The notes under the pieces were generated by a model, which did no database searches, was not told where the DNA came from, and was given only the letters and a program-made list of their open reading frames with translations. A stretch of DNA of 64,000 nt, from assembly GCF_963676685.1 (NCBI RefSeq), contig NC_092351.1:61194001-61258000 (forward strand). Reading direction: 5' to 3'. How positions within the stretch are numbered: position 1 is the stretch's first letter; every line of letters starts with the position of its first letter. Position numbers and translations under genes: made by a program. The DNA comes from Mytilus edulis. Its lineage: Eukaryota. Shown in pieces: positions 24,984 to 40,100 of the stretch.

Positions 24984-27900
24984 CTGTAAAAGATAAAGCA
25001 GTATATCAAAACTATTGCATATATTATGCTTATTTTATTCAATTCAATTAGGTTAACTTTGTTTTCAAATATTCAAATGCATGCAAAAAAACAAATAATG
25101 TTACTTAATGTTAATACATGTATACCCAAAATTTTAAATCCTCTCTGAGGCTGACTTACAATTTTAAAGGTTATGAACATTTTTTCAAAACTTAAATAAT
25201 TCCAATTACAAAATATATAATAAAACAAGGGTGTGTCCATAGGAATCAGATGCATTGGCTATACTATATGCAAGGTCAATGCACTAATTCATACCTGCTG
25301 TGTGACATTTGTTTCTGTATGTTAATTGTCGTTAGAGATTGCTTGGGTGTTTGAATGCTCTTATTTTTTAATAACAAACAGAAATTTGGTAACTCCAATC
25401 AGTGCAAATTAATCCAGCCTAATTTGAGCTTTATCTGTGTTTGGTTGTTATAAGCATTGTGTATTAGTTTCATAACATTTAGTTGAGACAATGTAAAGTA
25501 AGAGTGTGGGAACTGCAAATTCACCAATTTTCCTATCTATGAAGGGACATAACACAAGCATAGAGAAAAAGTGATGCCACCCAAATCCCAACTTGATCTA
25601 TGTTTAGATATCATATAGTTATCAAAGGTACCAGGATTATAATTAAGTATGCCAGATGCGCGTAATAAGCATTGTATATAAGTTTTGGAACATTTGGTAG
25701 TGGCAAAGTACATGTAAACTTAGAGTGCAGAAACTGCAAATTCCAAATTTTCCAATTTATAAAGGGACATAACTCAAGCACAAAGATGCCATCCAAATTC
25801 AAACTTGATCTGTGTTTGGTGGTAATAATCATTGTATATAACTTTCAAAACATAGTTGTTGCAAAGTATAGTTAGAGCGTGGAAAGGACAAATTTGCCAA
25901 ATTTTCCCATTTATAAAAGGAACATAACTCAAGAACAGTGAAATTGAGGCCAATCAAATTTGAACATGATCTAGCCCTTTTTGGTAGTAATAAGCATTTT
26001 GTAAAAGTTTTACAACATTTGGTTGATCCGAACTTAAGAAGGACAATGGACTAAATATGGGATATAGGGACGTTATGTATAAACGGACAAGTATGGTAAC
26101 TTTAACACTTGCATCAATCCACCGGGCAATAAATATTCAAAACAAAAAAGTATAGACTAGATAACTATGTAATACATTGAAGTAACCTACTTGAAAGCCT
26201 ATAACATATATCACATTCTAAACACTACTACATTGACGACATTTACTACAAACAATATTGTCTTAATTGATAGGTTATAGCTATAAATTGAATAATTAAA
26301 CATGGTAATGTCTAGTTAAGGAAGCTCACCTGTCATGGTTTGGAATTTGGTCAGATTTTCGGAATTCTCTGGTTTTATCCATTTGAATGCCTTAACAAAT
26401 TTTGCCCCATAACCCCCATTTTTCTTTTTATAATTCTTTTACATGTATGATTATAAAATGTCTGTTAAAGTCTTATAAAATTTTATTTATTTTTTAATAG
26501 TTTTTGAGGACTGAAACTTGTCAATGATAAAGCTATGAAAAGTCAAGAGAGAACTTTTCCCCGCCAAAATTTCAATGGCTAATATCTCGAAAACAAGCAT
26601 GGTGACCTTTATATTTTTTTGCTCTTTTGGTTCCTTTATTAATCCCCTATCAATATATGCTAGTGTTTTGAAAAGTTAATTATTTTGAAACTGAGAAGCA
26701 AACTCCCTTAATTTGTAATTTTGTATAAATCATGGTAGAAAAGGTATAAAGGACTACAATTCATTAAAATTAGTTGTAAAACTGGAACAAGTGCATTTAA
26801 ATACTTTAGATATATACCAGTTTAATATACAATGCACTACAGCAAGAATCCAAAAAGTTAAAGTTTGAAAGTTGATTGACGGTGTCAGAAATGCAGTTAC
26901 ACAGAATAAATATTTTATAAATTCAGAAATCAACTTTTTCTTAAGTCTCGCGGTAAATAAGTCAAGTTGAATTAAAGTAATTTATGGAAATATTTTTAAA
27001 TATTGCCCTTCAATTCATGGCAGCAATTGAAATAAATCTAGGTTAGGGGAGGGTTGGGATCCCGCTAACATGTTTAACCCCGCCACATTATTTATGTATG
27101 TGCCTGTCCCAAGTCAGGAGCCTGTAATTCAGTGGTTGTCGTTTGTTTATGTGTTACATATTTGATTTTCGTTCATTTTAATACATAAATAAGGCCGTTA
27201 GTTTTCTCATTTGAATTGTTTTACATTGTCTTATCAGGGCCTTTTATAGCTGACTATGCAGTATGGGCTTTGCTCATTGTCGAAGGCTGTACGGTGACCT
27301 ATAGTTGTTAATGTCTGTGTCATTTTGGTCTTTTGTGGATAGTTGTCTCATTGGCAATCATACCACATTTTCTTTTTTATATATACTAACTAACAATAAA
27401 CCATCTAATGCAAAGCTCCCTCTAATGTCTAAAGTTGACACATTATGCACAGTTATACTAATAAGGTCAGGCAAAAAAAATCTATTTACAAAAACATTAA
27501 CAAACAATAAGTATGATAGAAAAAAACATAACTAATAAATGTTTTGTTTTCTATTTTTCATACACAAATTTATATAAGTATATATATTCCTAGAACTGAA
27601 AAAAAATATGAAACATTTCACCCTATCTATAAATAAACATATACGAAGTTAAAAGGGTGAAAACAACAACCAAAAAGTTATGTTATATATACACAGTGTT
27701 GAACGTTACCTTTTTATACATCAAATTCATTTCTGAAAACACAAAATCACCATTGGAAAATAATCTTACATTTTTAAAATTCAAACAAAGGTGTGAGCCA
27801 AGGCTCCGTGTTGAAGGCCGTACATTAACCTATAATGGTTTACTTTTTTTTAAATTGTTATTTGGATGGAGAGTTGTCTCATTGGCACTCACACCACATC

Positions 27901-30900
27901 TTCCTATATCTAATCCTTTCCAAATAGTTAGGATCATTTTGAAGGACGTTTTTCTTTTGAAACAATCTTTTACTTAGAACAAATACTTGACTTTGTACAT
28001 GCTACATTTATGACTGCAGTTGTTTTATAGGACAATATTTTCTCTCTAATATCAATTAAAGAAGAACCTGTACCAATTATACCAAAATAAGGATTTATAG
28101 TCACTGATCAACAACATTTTAAAGAGACCTATGAGAAACCCTTGACCTAAGTGTACCACACATAACGGTAAACTCCATGGATATATAACTAGTATTGCTT
28201 TTTGACTGTGTCAATCCGAGACAAAAATGCATACCAAGCAGGGCCAATAGAAAGTGTTTTACACTATTTAATGACACTTTCTCTCAATTTGATACTAACA
28301 TTAGCTAAATTAAGAAATTGGTATGACAAATAACTTTACAAATGGAAAATCAGGTCAGCATGAATTTTTATGCAAAAAAAGGATGTTGGCACTTTTAAGA
28401 TCAATGAAATCCACTCTTCTGTAAAGAGATAGTTTAAGTATGTAAAGTTTCCTGTAGAGAGACAGATTAAGTATATATAGTTAAAGTGGAATGACTAGGG
28501 CTACAATTTTAAGATCATACTTGTTGACATTTTTACATTAAAAAATTTACAATCAAACTTACATATATAAATAGAAAAATATATTGTTATTTCAATTACT
28601 TTGAATTATCTTACCAACAATCTGGTGATTCAAGTTTTGATGAGTATTATTAAAGTATTAATAAATATTCTTTACAACTAAATTTCCATATTGAATAATC
28701 ATACAAAATATATTAAATGTGCCCTATTCCTAATAAATATGGTAGGTATTAGTATAATTAAAGCCTATATGCTATAAAAAAGATTTTTTTTTCAAATTGG
28801 GATAACTTTGATTTCCCGAAAGTTGATATGACATGTATTATGAAAACCAACCTAATTTTAAAAGTTTTATTAGACAAACATGCATGACTAAGGTTTAGGT
28901 TACTATTGCTGATATTTCAATATGAACTTACTAATTCCCGGTGGCCTTAAATGCATGGCTAACCCTCCTTAATAGGGTAAGTTTTTATAATACATTTCAT
29001 TCCAATTTCCAGAATTCAAAATTATTCCAGATTCAAATAATTCCTTTTTTATATTCTATGATAAAAAAAGTAATATATGAGGGTAGTAATGCCCTTTTAC
29101 TGCCAGTTGTCAAACAGTAATTTTATGCTACCGTTAGCGTCAAATTGATTAAAATTTTGTCATGATTTGTCAAAATATCCTTACAATGATTCATCAGAAG
29201 TCTCAAATAATTATTGTTATCTTTATTTTTGGAGAAAAAATTAACGTGATTCGTCAAAACATTTGATTGTTTTATCGTCTAAAAGAAAGTGCACATTTTA
29301 TTGTGATGCACCAAAAGGTACCGTTAACGTCATTTGGAAGAAATTTTACCGTGATTCGTCGTGAAGGTACTCCCTTTACCATCCTCATATATATATAATA
29401 TCCCTTCTCGATGTCTCAGTATCCTCCTCAAGCCGGAGTAAAAAATGGCCTCTACTATTCACTTTTAGCTTGAACAGCAAAAACACTGCTTTTATCAATT
29501 TCTAAATAAGCTTTTTTTTTCGAATACAAAACTATTTTCGAGCAGAGATAGAATAATAGTTTCTAAACTGTACTTTATATTTCAAACAAAATTAACCTCT
29601 TAAGAAATACTTAGTAAATCATTAAGGACAAGGACATATAACTAACATAAGTCCTTGCATAGGATATTCTACTCAAGTTTAAAATAAACTTATCTATCAT
29701 TCTAATATGCATCTTAATTAAAATAATCATTGTAGTACGCATATAAGGTGGCACCCAACACCTTCACTTAAATTTATTTGGCTAGTTTAATTTTCATAAA
29801 ATTTTGACAAAGTATTTACTTTGACCCTTTCACAAAAATATAAAAATTTCAAAAAATTTGAACCAACCAATTGATCAGAAAAAATACACTGGTTATATAA
29901 CAATTTGACAAACACCAATTTTGATCATTGAGAAGCTTAATATCCTTTTTACAACACAAAGTAATTAAAACATTTAACTAACTTTACAGAGTTATCTCCC
30001 TGTAAGGTTAGGTACCACCCTAATGCGAGTCAATATATAATTTACTCATGCACCTCTATGATGAATTAGATACTGTAAATTCATAAATTATTGCAGGGCC
30101 AGGCATTTATTATTGCAATTTTGTAATTTTAGACTGAAATATGTTTTTAATTTTTGCGATATTTAGAAAAATCCTGTTTAATTCATCAAAAAAATTTCAA
30201 ATTATTGCGATTTTAACCCTGTCGCATTTTTCTAAACATCGCAATAAGTTCTGAATTTACAGTATTGAATTTTGATGTTACTCTTGACTTAACCTTAACA
30301 AGTTGATTATCAAATTAGTATTTCTACCAAAAATAAGTAAACATGCATAGAATTTAATTAATAGCAATATAAAATATTCATTGAAAATAAAGTTTATATC
30401 ACGTAATATTATGTATTACCTCTCTTGATCTCTAATTGTATAGTATTGAGGGTCTGAACGGTAAGATGGCTCTTCACTGTAAGGTGGAGGTTCAATATCA
30501 TCTATAAATACAACGATTAAACAATTATTCCTCAAAAACAATGTTGAGAAAATGGTCATAGGAGTCATTATATGGACATCAGCAATGAACACATACCCTA
30601 ACTACATGTGATTACCAAAGGCAGAATTGAGGGGGAGGGGGTGGTCCAGAGTGCCAGCCCCCCATCCTTTTGTGCAAAAAAAATTGTTTTCCATAGGCTT
30701 CATCTGCAGAGATAGGAAAAACCATGAAATCAAATATCAACAAAAATGTAAGCTTTCCTTAATTCACAAAAAATAATACCCATGAACTAATTTCACTACA
30801 ATGTCAAACCAGTAAAGGAAGTGAAAGCTAGGGAATTTACATTTAAAGTGGTACCTTACACCTTGACTAAAATTATTTTGGCTCTTCATTTTCAAAATTG

Positions 30901-33900
30901 TGGACAAAAGATTTACTTTGACTCTTCAACAAACATATTAAAAATAAGAATGTGTTCACAGTACACAGATGCCTCACTAGCACTATCACTGTTTATGTTC
31001 AGTGGACCGTGAAATTGGGGTCAAAAATTAATAATTTGGCATTTAAATTTAGAAAGATCAATTCGTAGGGAACAAATGTAATAAGTTTCAAGTTGATTGG
31101 ACAAAACTAACCTTGACCAAAAACTTAAACCTGAAACAGGACAGACAAACGAACGGATGCACAGACCAGAAAACATAATGCCCCTCTACTATCCTAAGTG
31201 TATGGTGGTGAGGCATAAAAAAGAGAAAAAGAAAGAAACCACAAAATCACTAATTTTGATCATTCCAAAGCTTAATATTTCCTTAACAACAGAATGTGAT
31301 TACAACATTCAGCTTATTTTTACAGAGTTATCTCCCTGAAGTGTCATGCACCAAGAACAAGATGTAAGTAAATGTTATTGATAGCTATTATAACATTACC
31401 ATCTTCTCGATCTTCCTGTTGATGATGCTTCTTTTTCTTTTTCTTCTTCTTTAACTTCCTTATGGCATTATTATCTATTTCCTCATAGTCATTTTCTTCA
31501 TCTACCCTATGTCTTCTCTTCTGTTTAGGTGATGATCTTCAATAAAATCAAAAGATTCAATCATAAATGTAAAGTAATATGTGTAGCTATCAGATGTTCA
31601 AAGCATTACTTGTGACTGCCAAATCAAAACTATAATAAGGCTGTACGTACTGTCAAATGGACTCTTCAATAAAATTGAAAGTATTATAATAATTTTACCA
31701 ATCTGGATTAATTTCAAAGAATGACAAAAGAGTCCATGTGCAACAGATGATGCCCCCACTTGTGTATAAAATCATAACGGGTCATAACTTGAGACGTCAT
31801 CCAAATTCGAACTTAATATGTAAAAGGTTATATATATTCATTGTGTATAAATTCCATTACATTTTGTCGAAGCTAACTAGAAGTTATTGAACATAAATTT
31901 TGGGACATACAGATGGAAAAGGGTAACACTAATGGGGATGGTGGGCGGCATTAAATGTCCAATACCTTTGATGTTGTTCTTCATCAACCGGTTGCCATTC
32001 ATCATCATTCTCCTTCTCCATGTAAACATTTGGTAGTTCTTTATATGGACTCTCTGGTTGTGCTGGATTTTTTATCAGCTCAAATAATTCTTCTTCTAAT
32101 TTTTCTCTGTCTTTCCTCAAAACAATGGACATATGATGCATATTCTGTAGGTTAAAAAATATTGTAATGTTGGTTTAAAATTGTAGAATGATATATCTCA
32201 ATGAACACTTCAGGAATTTATTTTCCTACAAATATTTTCATAGGTCTAGATCATTTCACTAAGTATTTTGCACATAGAGAGTAGTGAAGGGAATGTATGA
32301 TAATTGTGATATACACAGCAGCTTCTGAGCAAACAAATTGATGGTTTTTAATTTCTATAGAATTATTATGCCACAATATTATTTATATTTAGAATGCATG
32401 ACAAATTTTTGATAAAGGGTAAATTAAAAATACCTTTCTTGATGCTAATTGGACAACAGCAGGCACATCTGGTATGAGGTAGGCAAGTATGAATTTCAGG
32501 GCAAACACTATATGCTGAAATAAATAAATACATAAATGAAAAAGATGTGCAATTTAATATCATTTTCTATGTTTTTAACCTTGAATACTGCAGTTTCACC
32601 TGTATTTTTTCAAATCTACTGAGGTTTACATTTTACTGTAACAGTTGTTTAAAATATATAATGAAAAACAAAGCAATTACCAATACAAACAATGTTTTTC
32701 TGCTACAAAGAGTTTCTCCAACAAATATTGTCTCCTGTAAGGACTTGTACATCATCTCCTGACGATTTATTTCATCATATAAGCTACTCTAGGTCTGAAG
32801 AGGTTTTTTTTTAACGATAACAAATATTTTATTCAATCATTTCCTGATATATAAATACCTAAGTAGCCCAGGTCACATACTGAGGGACCCCTGTATTTTA
32901 ACAGCCTCACTTGACCAGGGAAAATATCAAATGAGTTTATACACTAGTTTTACATACATAATGATATTTGAATAACCAATATAATTGATTTTCACATCTG
33001 ATAAGCATCACTGTATAAAATCACTATCTTATATCCGGTTCACCGAACAACCATGTGTTGATTAAAAAATCTTTTAATTTTAAAGTTCGGAAAAGCTTTT
33101 TTGCTTTTGGATAGTATGTGAATGTCGTCAGCTAACAAAAATTTTCCTTTATCAGAATATAACATTCTTATTGGTTCTGAATATTATTGACATAACTTCT
33201 ATTTTGATCATTTTATGTACTGTTTAGATTTTAAAGCATCACTTGCATTCAGATATCGCAGATCAAATCTATTCGTTTATAGTGTATTTATGTACGTTTT
33301 TTGATTGAGTTAAGCCTTCCAATTAATATTTTATCGTGTGGTTTTTTATGTTGTGATGTTATGCTATTGTTTCAGAAAAAGGGAGAAGGTTTGGATCCAT
33401 TCAAACGTTTAATCCCGCTGCAAATGTTTGCACCTGTCCTAAGTCAGGAATCTGATGTACATTAGTTGTTGTTTGTGTATGTAATTTATATGTGTTTCTC
33501 GTTTCTCGTTTTTTTATTTTATATAGTTGGTTTTCCCTTTTGAATGGTTTTACACTAGTTATTTTGTGGCCCTTTATAGTTTGTTGTTCGGTGTGAGCAA
33601 AGGCTCTGTGTTGAAGGCTGTACATTGACCTATAATGGTTTACTTTTTTTAAGTTGTTATTTGGATGGAGAGTTGTCTCATTGGCACTCACACCACATCT
33701 TCCTATATCTATCATGTTTAATTCGAGAAACAGTGATTAAATGGTGTTTTTTTTTCTATTTGTGATTTATACATGCACATTTAAAAGATTTATTTTTCCA
33801 ATAGTATCAATTCATTTAATTGTCCCACTTTTGAAATAACACCTTGGTCAAATCTATTTAAAACACAAACGACTGCATTGTTGATTGTGATTACAATACG

Positions 33901-36900
33901 TGTACGTGACATTTCAAACGTTGAATTGTTTTCATTTTGAATAATCAGTATTTCGAAAACTCAAACAATAATATTTGCATTTCCTATCAAATTTATCAAA
34001 ATCAATAGTACTTATATTTATTTTAGTGCAAACAACTTATATCATATCAAAACAATCCTTGAAATTATTTTTAGCCTGCATTCTGAATTTTATGCAAAAC
34101 ATTTATTCAAAATATTAATAAACTTTTAATTTCCTTAGTAACTGTCAGTTTCCCACATTACTGACATTAAAATTACTGCTATTGATGATGTGAAGGTTTG
34201 ATAATTATTGTTGACTTTACTCCTGTAACCTTAGTTTAACCCCTAAAAATGAATAAGATGATATGGCCAAAATCAAGAACTGCATGTTTCAGTGGATGAT
34301 CAGATCCTATCTTTTCATGTCATTTGTATACTCTCAATTTAGTTCTTATTGTTTGCAATAATTATTGCAATTTTTGAAGAATGGACGAAAATGCAAGATC
34401 AATTATTGCTATTTCTGGAAAAGCTGCATAACAGACATAGGTGTCAGATATCATAATGCCAATTCTCATAATTGCAATAGGCATCTAGTCACACTATTCA
34501 CATTAAAACAAAATTCCCAATAATTTCTGAATTTAAAATATTGTGAAGTAAGCATAGATCTTGGACACTGTAAATCCCAAAAATCTGCCATGATTTCTAT
34601 ATTAAGGTTTTGCAAACTATCCCCACATTAAGCCAATTTAATAAGGAAATCAAAATTATTGAACTTTTTGATTTAATTTAACCGTCAATCAACATTTTAT
34701 AAATTAAAGATGCACATATAATCAGTGAGATATCAACCCAATGAAACAAAAACATCAAAACTACAATTAAGTATAATTGAAATAGCGAGTGACACATGTG
34801 AATATCTCTTGTACCTGAAATCATTCATGTAGTGTTGTTTGTGTTTAACAGTGAGGAAATTAAATAAAATTCTAAAGCCGAAACCTATCAAGTTTAAAGC
34901 AATTTTTGTCTTGATAAATGTATTTCCTGTTTTTTTAGTTCAATATTTAGTTTTCACTGTAGTGTTACTATTGTTTATCTCTTTAGTTTATTTCTTTTGG
35001 TCATTTTGCAGTCTGACTTTTGTGTGTCCATTTTGTTGCCTGACTTTCAACATCGATTCCTTTTTGAATGCCCCCATGACATCTTGGTCTTATTTTCCAC
35101 AAAATAATTTGCTAAAATCTAAGCATGTTTGATTGAGATCTCACAAACATGCTTAACTCCGCCGCATTTTTGCGCCTGTCCCAAGTCAGGAGGCTCTGGT
35201 CTTTGTTAGTCTTGTATTATTTTAATTTTAGTTTCTTGTGTACAATTTGGGAATTAGTATGGCGTTCATTATCACTGAACTAGTATATATTTGTTTAGGG
35301 GCCAGTTGAAGGACGCCTCCGGGTGCGGGAATTTCTCGCTACATTGAAGACCTGTTGGTGACCTTCTGCTGTTGTTTTTTTTTTTTTTTTTTTTTCTATT
35401 GTCTCTTTGGCACATTCCCCATTTCCATTCTCAATTTTATTGATGCAAACATTTTCACCTCAGAATTGTTTTAGTTATATCTGAGCAATTTTCATTTCCA
35501 CAGCAACATTATTTTCATAAAAGAGCTGAGTTTAGCTTGTTATAAAAATTTACTACATGTCAAAAGTGAACACATGATATGATTTTACACAGTTATAATA
35601 TACATACATCTTATTTCTAGTAAGTAAATCCATTAAAAATCTTATAAAAGGTTTTCAGGCATTTTGAACTTGAGTATTGCTGACCTTATATTTTGTAGTA
35701 GTTTGCCAGACGATGTTTTTAAAAGATAATGTGTAGAAGAAGTCTAATTTCAAATCCCTATATATATATATTCATGTAGCTTTAAAAAAATATGAATATA
35801 CTATGCTGTTGTTTGTTCTATGGTCAGGTTTTTCCATTTCCATTCTCAATTATATGAAAGTTCCAATCTAAATACCAAACAACTAGAATACATTTGCTCA
35901 TAACTCACAAATCTGAATATTAACAAACCGTCACATTATCCTCAAATCAAAACATAAAAGATTGCTATTATAGGTACCTCCCTCCCATATATTTTATTTT
36001 ATATTAACAATTTTTTGGGATGATTTCATACACCATATCCAGTTGCGATATCAGATGTGACCCACAAAATCATTTTATATCATCAGGCATTGTCAACAAT
36101 TTCATGCCATCATTTCTTCTGATAACATCAAGTTTATATGGGAACTTCTGTGATGGACAGTTTAAATGGCTGAGAAATAGCAATAAAGTGTAACGAACGC
36201 TTAGAACAAGCAAATCACAGAGGGAATGCTTTAATATGCAGTGAAAAAAAAAATCATTTCTTTGTATTCTTTTTTCTGTGTCTGTGTGATAAAATGCTGA
36301 CCTGTCAGTCAAAATGATAAATAAAAATCAAGCCAGAATAAATTTTCATGCATACTTTTTTGTAGTGTCAAATTTTCACAAACATTTCTGTTACTTTTAC
36401 ATGCTTCAAATGCAGCATTTGCATAAATGATCAGAACATAACAATACACAAATTTTGTTTATAATAAAAAATAAGTTTACCTTTCACTTTTTAAGCTATT
36501 GATACAAAAAAAAATATATTTCAATCATGTAAACTGTCTATTTTGCACTAAAATCTGTAGTTTCAAGCATAGTAAATTTCTTTCCCTACTGGAAGACTGC
36601 AGATTTAAATCTGATACAACTTGTTAAGGTTATGGATACAAAACATTAGGATTTTAATTTCTAAGAACATCCTGAATATAGTTTCAGAATTGTAAATTGC
36701 AACCATCAAATCACCAACTGATGCTGTCAAAGCTTAAAATACAATACAGTTATCTCCTAAATGTAAAATTGGATTAAGATATTTTTGGTTTAGGATGTAA
36801 AGTAATTATATAATGCTATCATTCAAACTCAGTATGACAGTTATAAATTGTACATTAGAAGAGAAACCAACCTCAAATCCTACAACAATCCATAGTCTTG

Positions 36901-37153
36901 TATAAACATCATATTGCTGTCCCCATGAGGAGGTAAAAGCAATCAGGAAACCATTAGAAATAACTCCACAAACGTTTACAAACTGTAGAATAATATACCA
37001 TGTACCTACAAATAGAAATTATTGTCATTGGAAGCCTTTGACATATTTTGTACACATTATCATGTTTTCTGCTTACCAAATAACAAATGAATAAATAATT
37101 AAATAAAAAACAAAATCTTGAAAATATACAATAATGAAGAGAAAGGCTAATAT

Positions 37154-37193
<40 letters not shown>

Positions 37194-40100
37194 ACAACAA
37201 AGAATAAAAAAAAGTTCTTAAGGTGGTACCCAACACTTTCACTAAAATCAATTTGGCTTGTTTAATTCTCATTAAATTTAGTCAAGTATTTACTTCGACC
37301 CTGTAACAAAAATAGAAAAAATTCAAAAATTTTGAACCAACCACTTTGTCAGAAAAATTACACTGGTTATATAGTAGTTTGACAAACACCAATTTTGATC
37401 ATTGAGAAGCTTAATATCCTTTTTACAACACAACGTAATTAAAATGTTTAACTAACTTTACAGAGTTATCTCCCTGTAGTGTTAGGTACCACCTTAACAG
37501 CTGCACTGTGACATACAGTTGCTTATATCCACATCATTTTGGATTATGGTTGACAGTGGACTCATCTCCATATTTTAACCCTTTCATGCCGAATGTATCC
37601 TTTTGGCACACCCGCGCGCATGCCGAATGTATCCTTTTGGCACCCCTGTGTAGATGCCGAATGTATCCTTAAGGTGGTACCTAACACTACAGGGAGATAA
37701 CTCTGTAATATCAGCTAAACGTTTTAATTATGTTGCGTTGTGAAGGCAATATAAAGCTTCTCAATGATCAAAATTAGTGTTTGTCAAACTGCTATATAAC
37801 CAGTGTAATTTTTCTGATAAAACGCTTGGTTCAAATTATTTTAATTTTTTATATTTTTGTAAAAGGGTCAAAGTAAATACTTTGTCAAATTTTTATGAAA
37901 ATTAAACGAGCCAAATTAATTTTAGTGAAAGTGTTGGGTACCACCTTAAGGATACATAGATTTCTATTTTTAGACGGTCACAGTGCAAACAGTAAAAATA
38001 ACGTTTAAACATGTTTCTTGGCCCCGTTGCTCCATGGATGTTATGATAAACACCAAATGCATTCGATATTATAGTATCGGGCGTAAAAACACTGTTAAAA
38101 TATGTTTTTTCAAAGATTGTTGAGAAAAAAAAACCTCGTGAAAAAAACAAAATGGCGGAATCATAAACAATCGTGGTCAGGAGTTTCATTTCGAGTTGAA
38201 ACATTGAGAAAACTTAACCTGCGGTCATGAAAGTTGTTTAACTTGAACAAAAGTAGTGATTGTACGTATATTTTGGAGTTGTGAGAAGGATATATTGTAA
38301 AACAACCTGAAATCGAGACTTTGATTGTCGCCATCAGGTGCACGACTGTAAATAATTATTTCTCGTTGCCGTTTGACAGTCAACCTTTCATTACCGATTG
38401 AGTCAGAGTCTTTTATCATCGTTTTAGACACTCTCAGGAGTCTGTAGTGCTACGGGTTTTATTTCTTTTCATTGAAAGGCTGTACTGCAGCATGTAGGTC
38501 GACAAAACGAAAGTCCATTTTCATTTAAAATAGAATAGAACCGGATATTGACAAAATTGACAGCTGATTCTATAAATAGTGCGGTTCATAAAAACACGTG
38601 TTGTTACATCTCATAGCTTATTATTTTACATAAAAGTGGTTTCGAAAGATGAGACAATATTCTGCAATCTTATTCGTATTTTATTCGAGTGTAAATTATT
38701 TTCCATGATGTATCTCGTCTTGTGACAGAGGTTTTTAAAAGTCTTGTTCAGCATACAAACATTTTAAAAGTTGTTTTGAAAAACAAATAATGTTGACAGA
38801 GACTAAACAAATCCTGAAAGATGTCAAGATGATTATTTTTATGTAACAAATTGTTTTCTTTCTCATTTAAAAAAAAAAAACATTGTCAAAGAAGGGAAGT
38901 GAAAAAAATTATATTTGTTTTAGAAGGGAAGGGAAAATTATTTTTTCAGAATTGGAAAGGGGAAAAAAAAAATTTTTTTTGCTGAAGGGAAGTGATTTTT
39001 TCCCCCAAAGTGAAATAACATAAGGTGTTGTCTGTTGCTTCTGATTAATCTTGAGATGGCATCATTTATTATTGTAAAATAATACTGTTCCTGTATGTTT
39101 CTGAAAACAATATAGGGGTTCAATTTTTTGTTTTGGAAATTATGAGGAAGAACTCCCCCCTCATGTTGCACACTAACACAAAAGATGAATGACCAGTGCG
39201 GCAGTGCCTAAAGTTTATTACAATTTGTAATGCCAATATAAGCAACCATTTTTAACACTAGGAAACATCTTTTTTGTGTTCAAAAAGGGACTTCAAATGG
39301 TATATAAATTGCTTCTTCTCTCAGATGCCAAGTCATATACATGTAGTCACTGTAGTAAGGAGTAAGAGAAAAAAACTGATCAAATTGGAAATGGGATAAT
39401 GGGACCACATTAGGGTCTTGTAGCTGTCACCTTGTAAGTCAGCTTCTTAAATTGACACTGTTTATGGGACTAGTACACATAAGCAGGTATCTTCATACCA
39501 CATTAATATATAGGCTTATATGTAAGTAACACTTGCTGCTGGATGTAAAAGATTAATTAATAGACTGGTAACAATGGTTATAGTATAACAACCTCACTCA
39601 AGTAATTTTTATTCACTTTTTGACAAACCATTGCATTAAATAACCCAACAATATAAACAGAAAATAAAAAAAATAGTTTCCATTGTCCTCACTCAATTTT
39701 AAAATCAAAATTTATGATATGAATCCTCCTATTCAATGAGTATGCAGCATTATAAACTAAAACAAATTTCATAGCTTCCAAATGTTATTACAAACTATAT
39801 TATGCAGCTCCCTGATGTAGCTTTCCATCAATGAATTTTAAAACTGCATTTTGCAGTAAAACATGTACATGATGTATTTTAATCCCTTTTTGGCAATAGT
39901 TTTCAAGGACTTGCATCTGTGTGTACATATCATGAGTTTAAATAAAACAGTACCCAGTAGTTGTCTGCATATATTATCTTCTTTACCTCTACTGCATGTG
40001 ATTAATAAATTTAACTATGATGAGAATAAATTTATAAAATATTAATTGCCAGCTTTTGGTATTTATTTGTGCTGCTTTAACAAACATCAGTTGATGTATT

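Noticed and set aside
32681-32788. Possible extra in-frame anoctamin exon (SSLYDEINRQ...)
   Set aside because: It would interrupt TM10 between the conserved FE and HIVF residues, and the acceptor is weak.
33401-33715. 104-aa ORF, and similar ORFs at 27657, 37902, 51801 and 58955
   Set aside because: They lie wholly or largely within non-coding interspersed repeats.
36070-36312. Alternative anoctamin terminal exon
   Set aside because: No anoctamin similarity, and the phase-0 reading from the nearest acceptor stops quickly.
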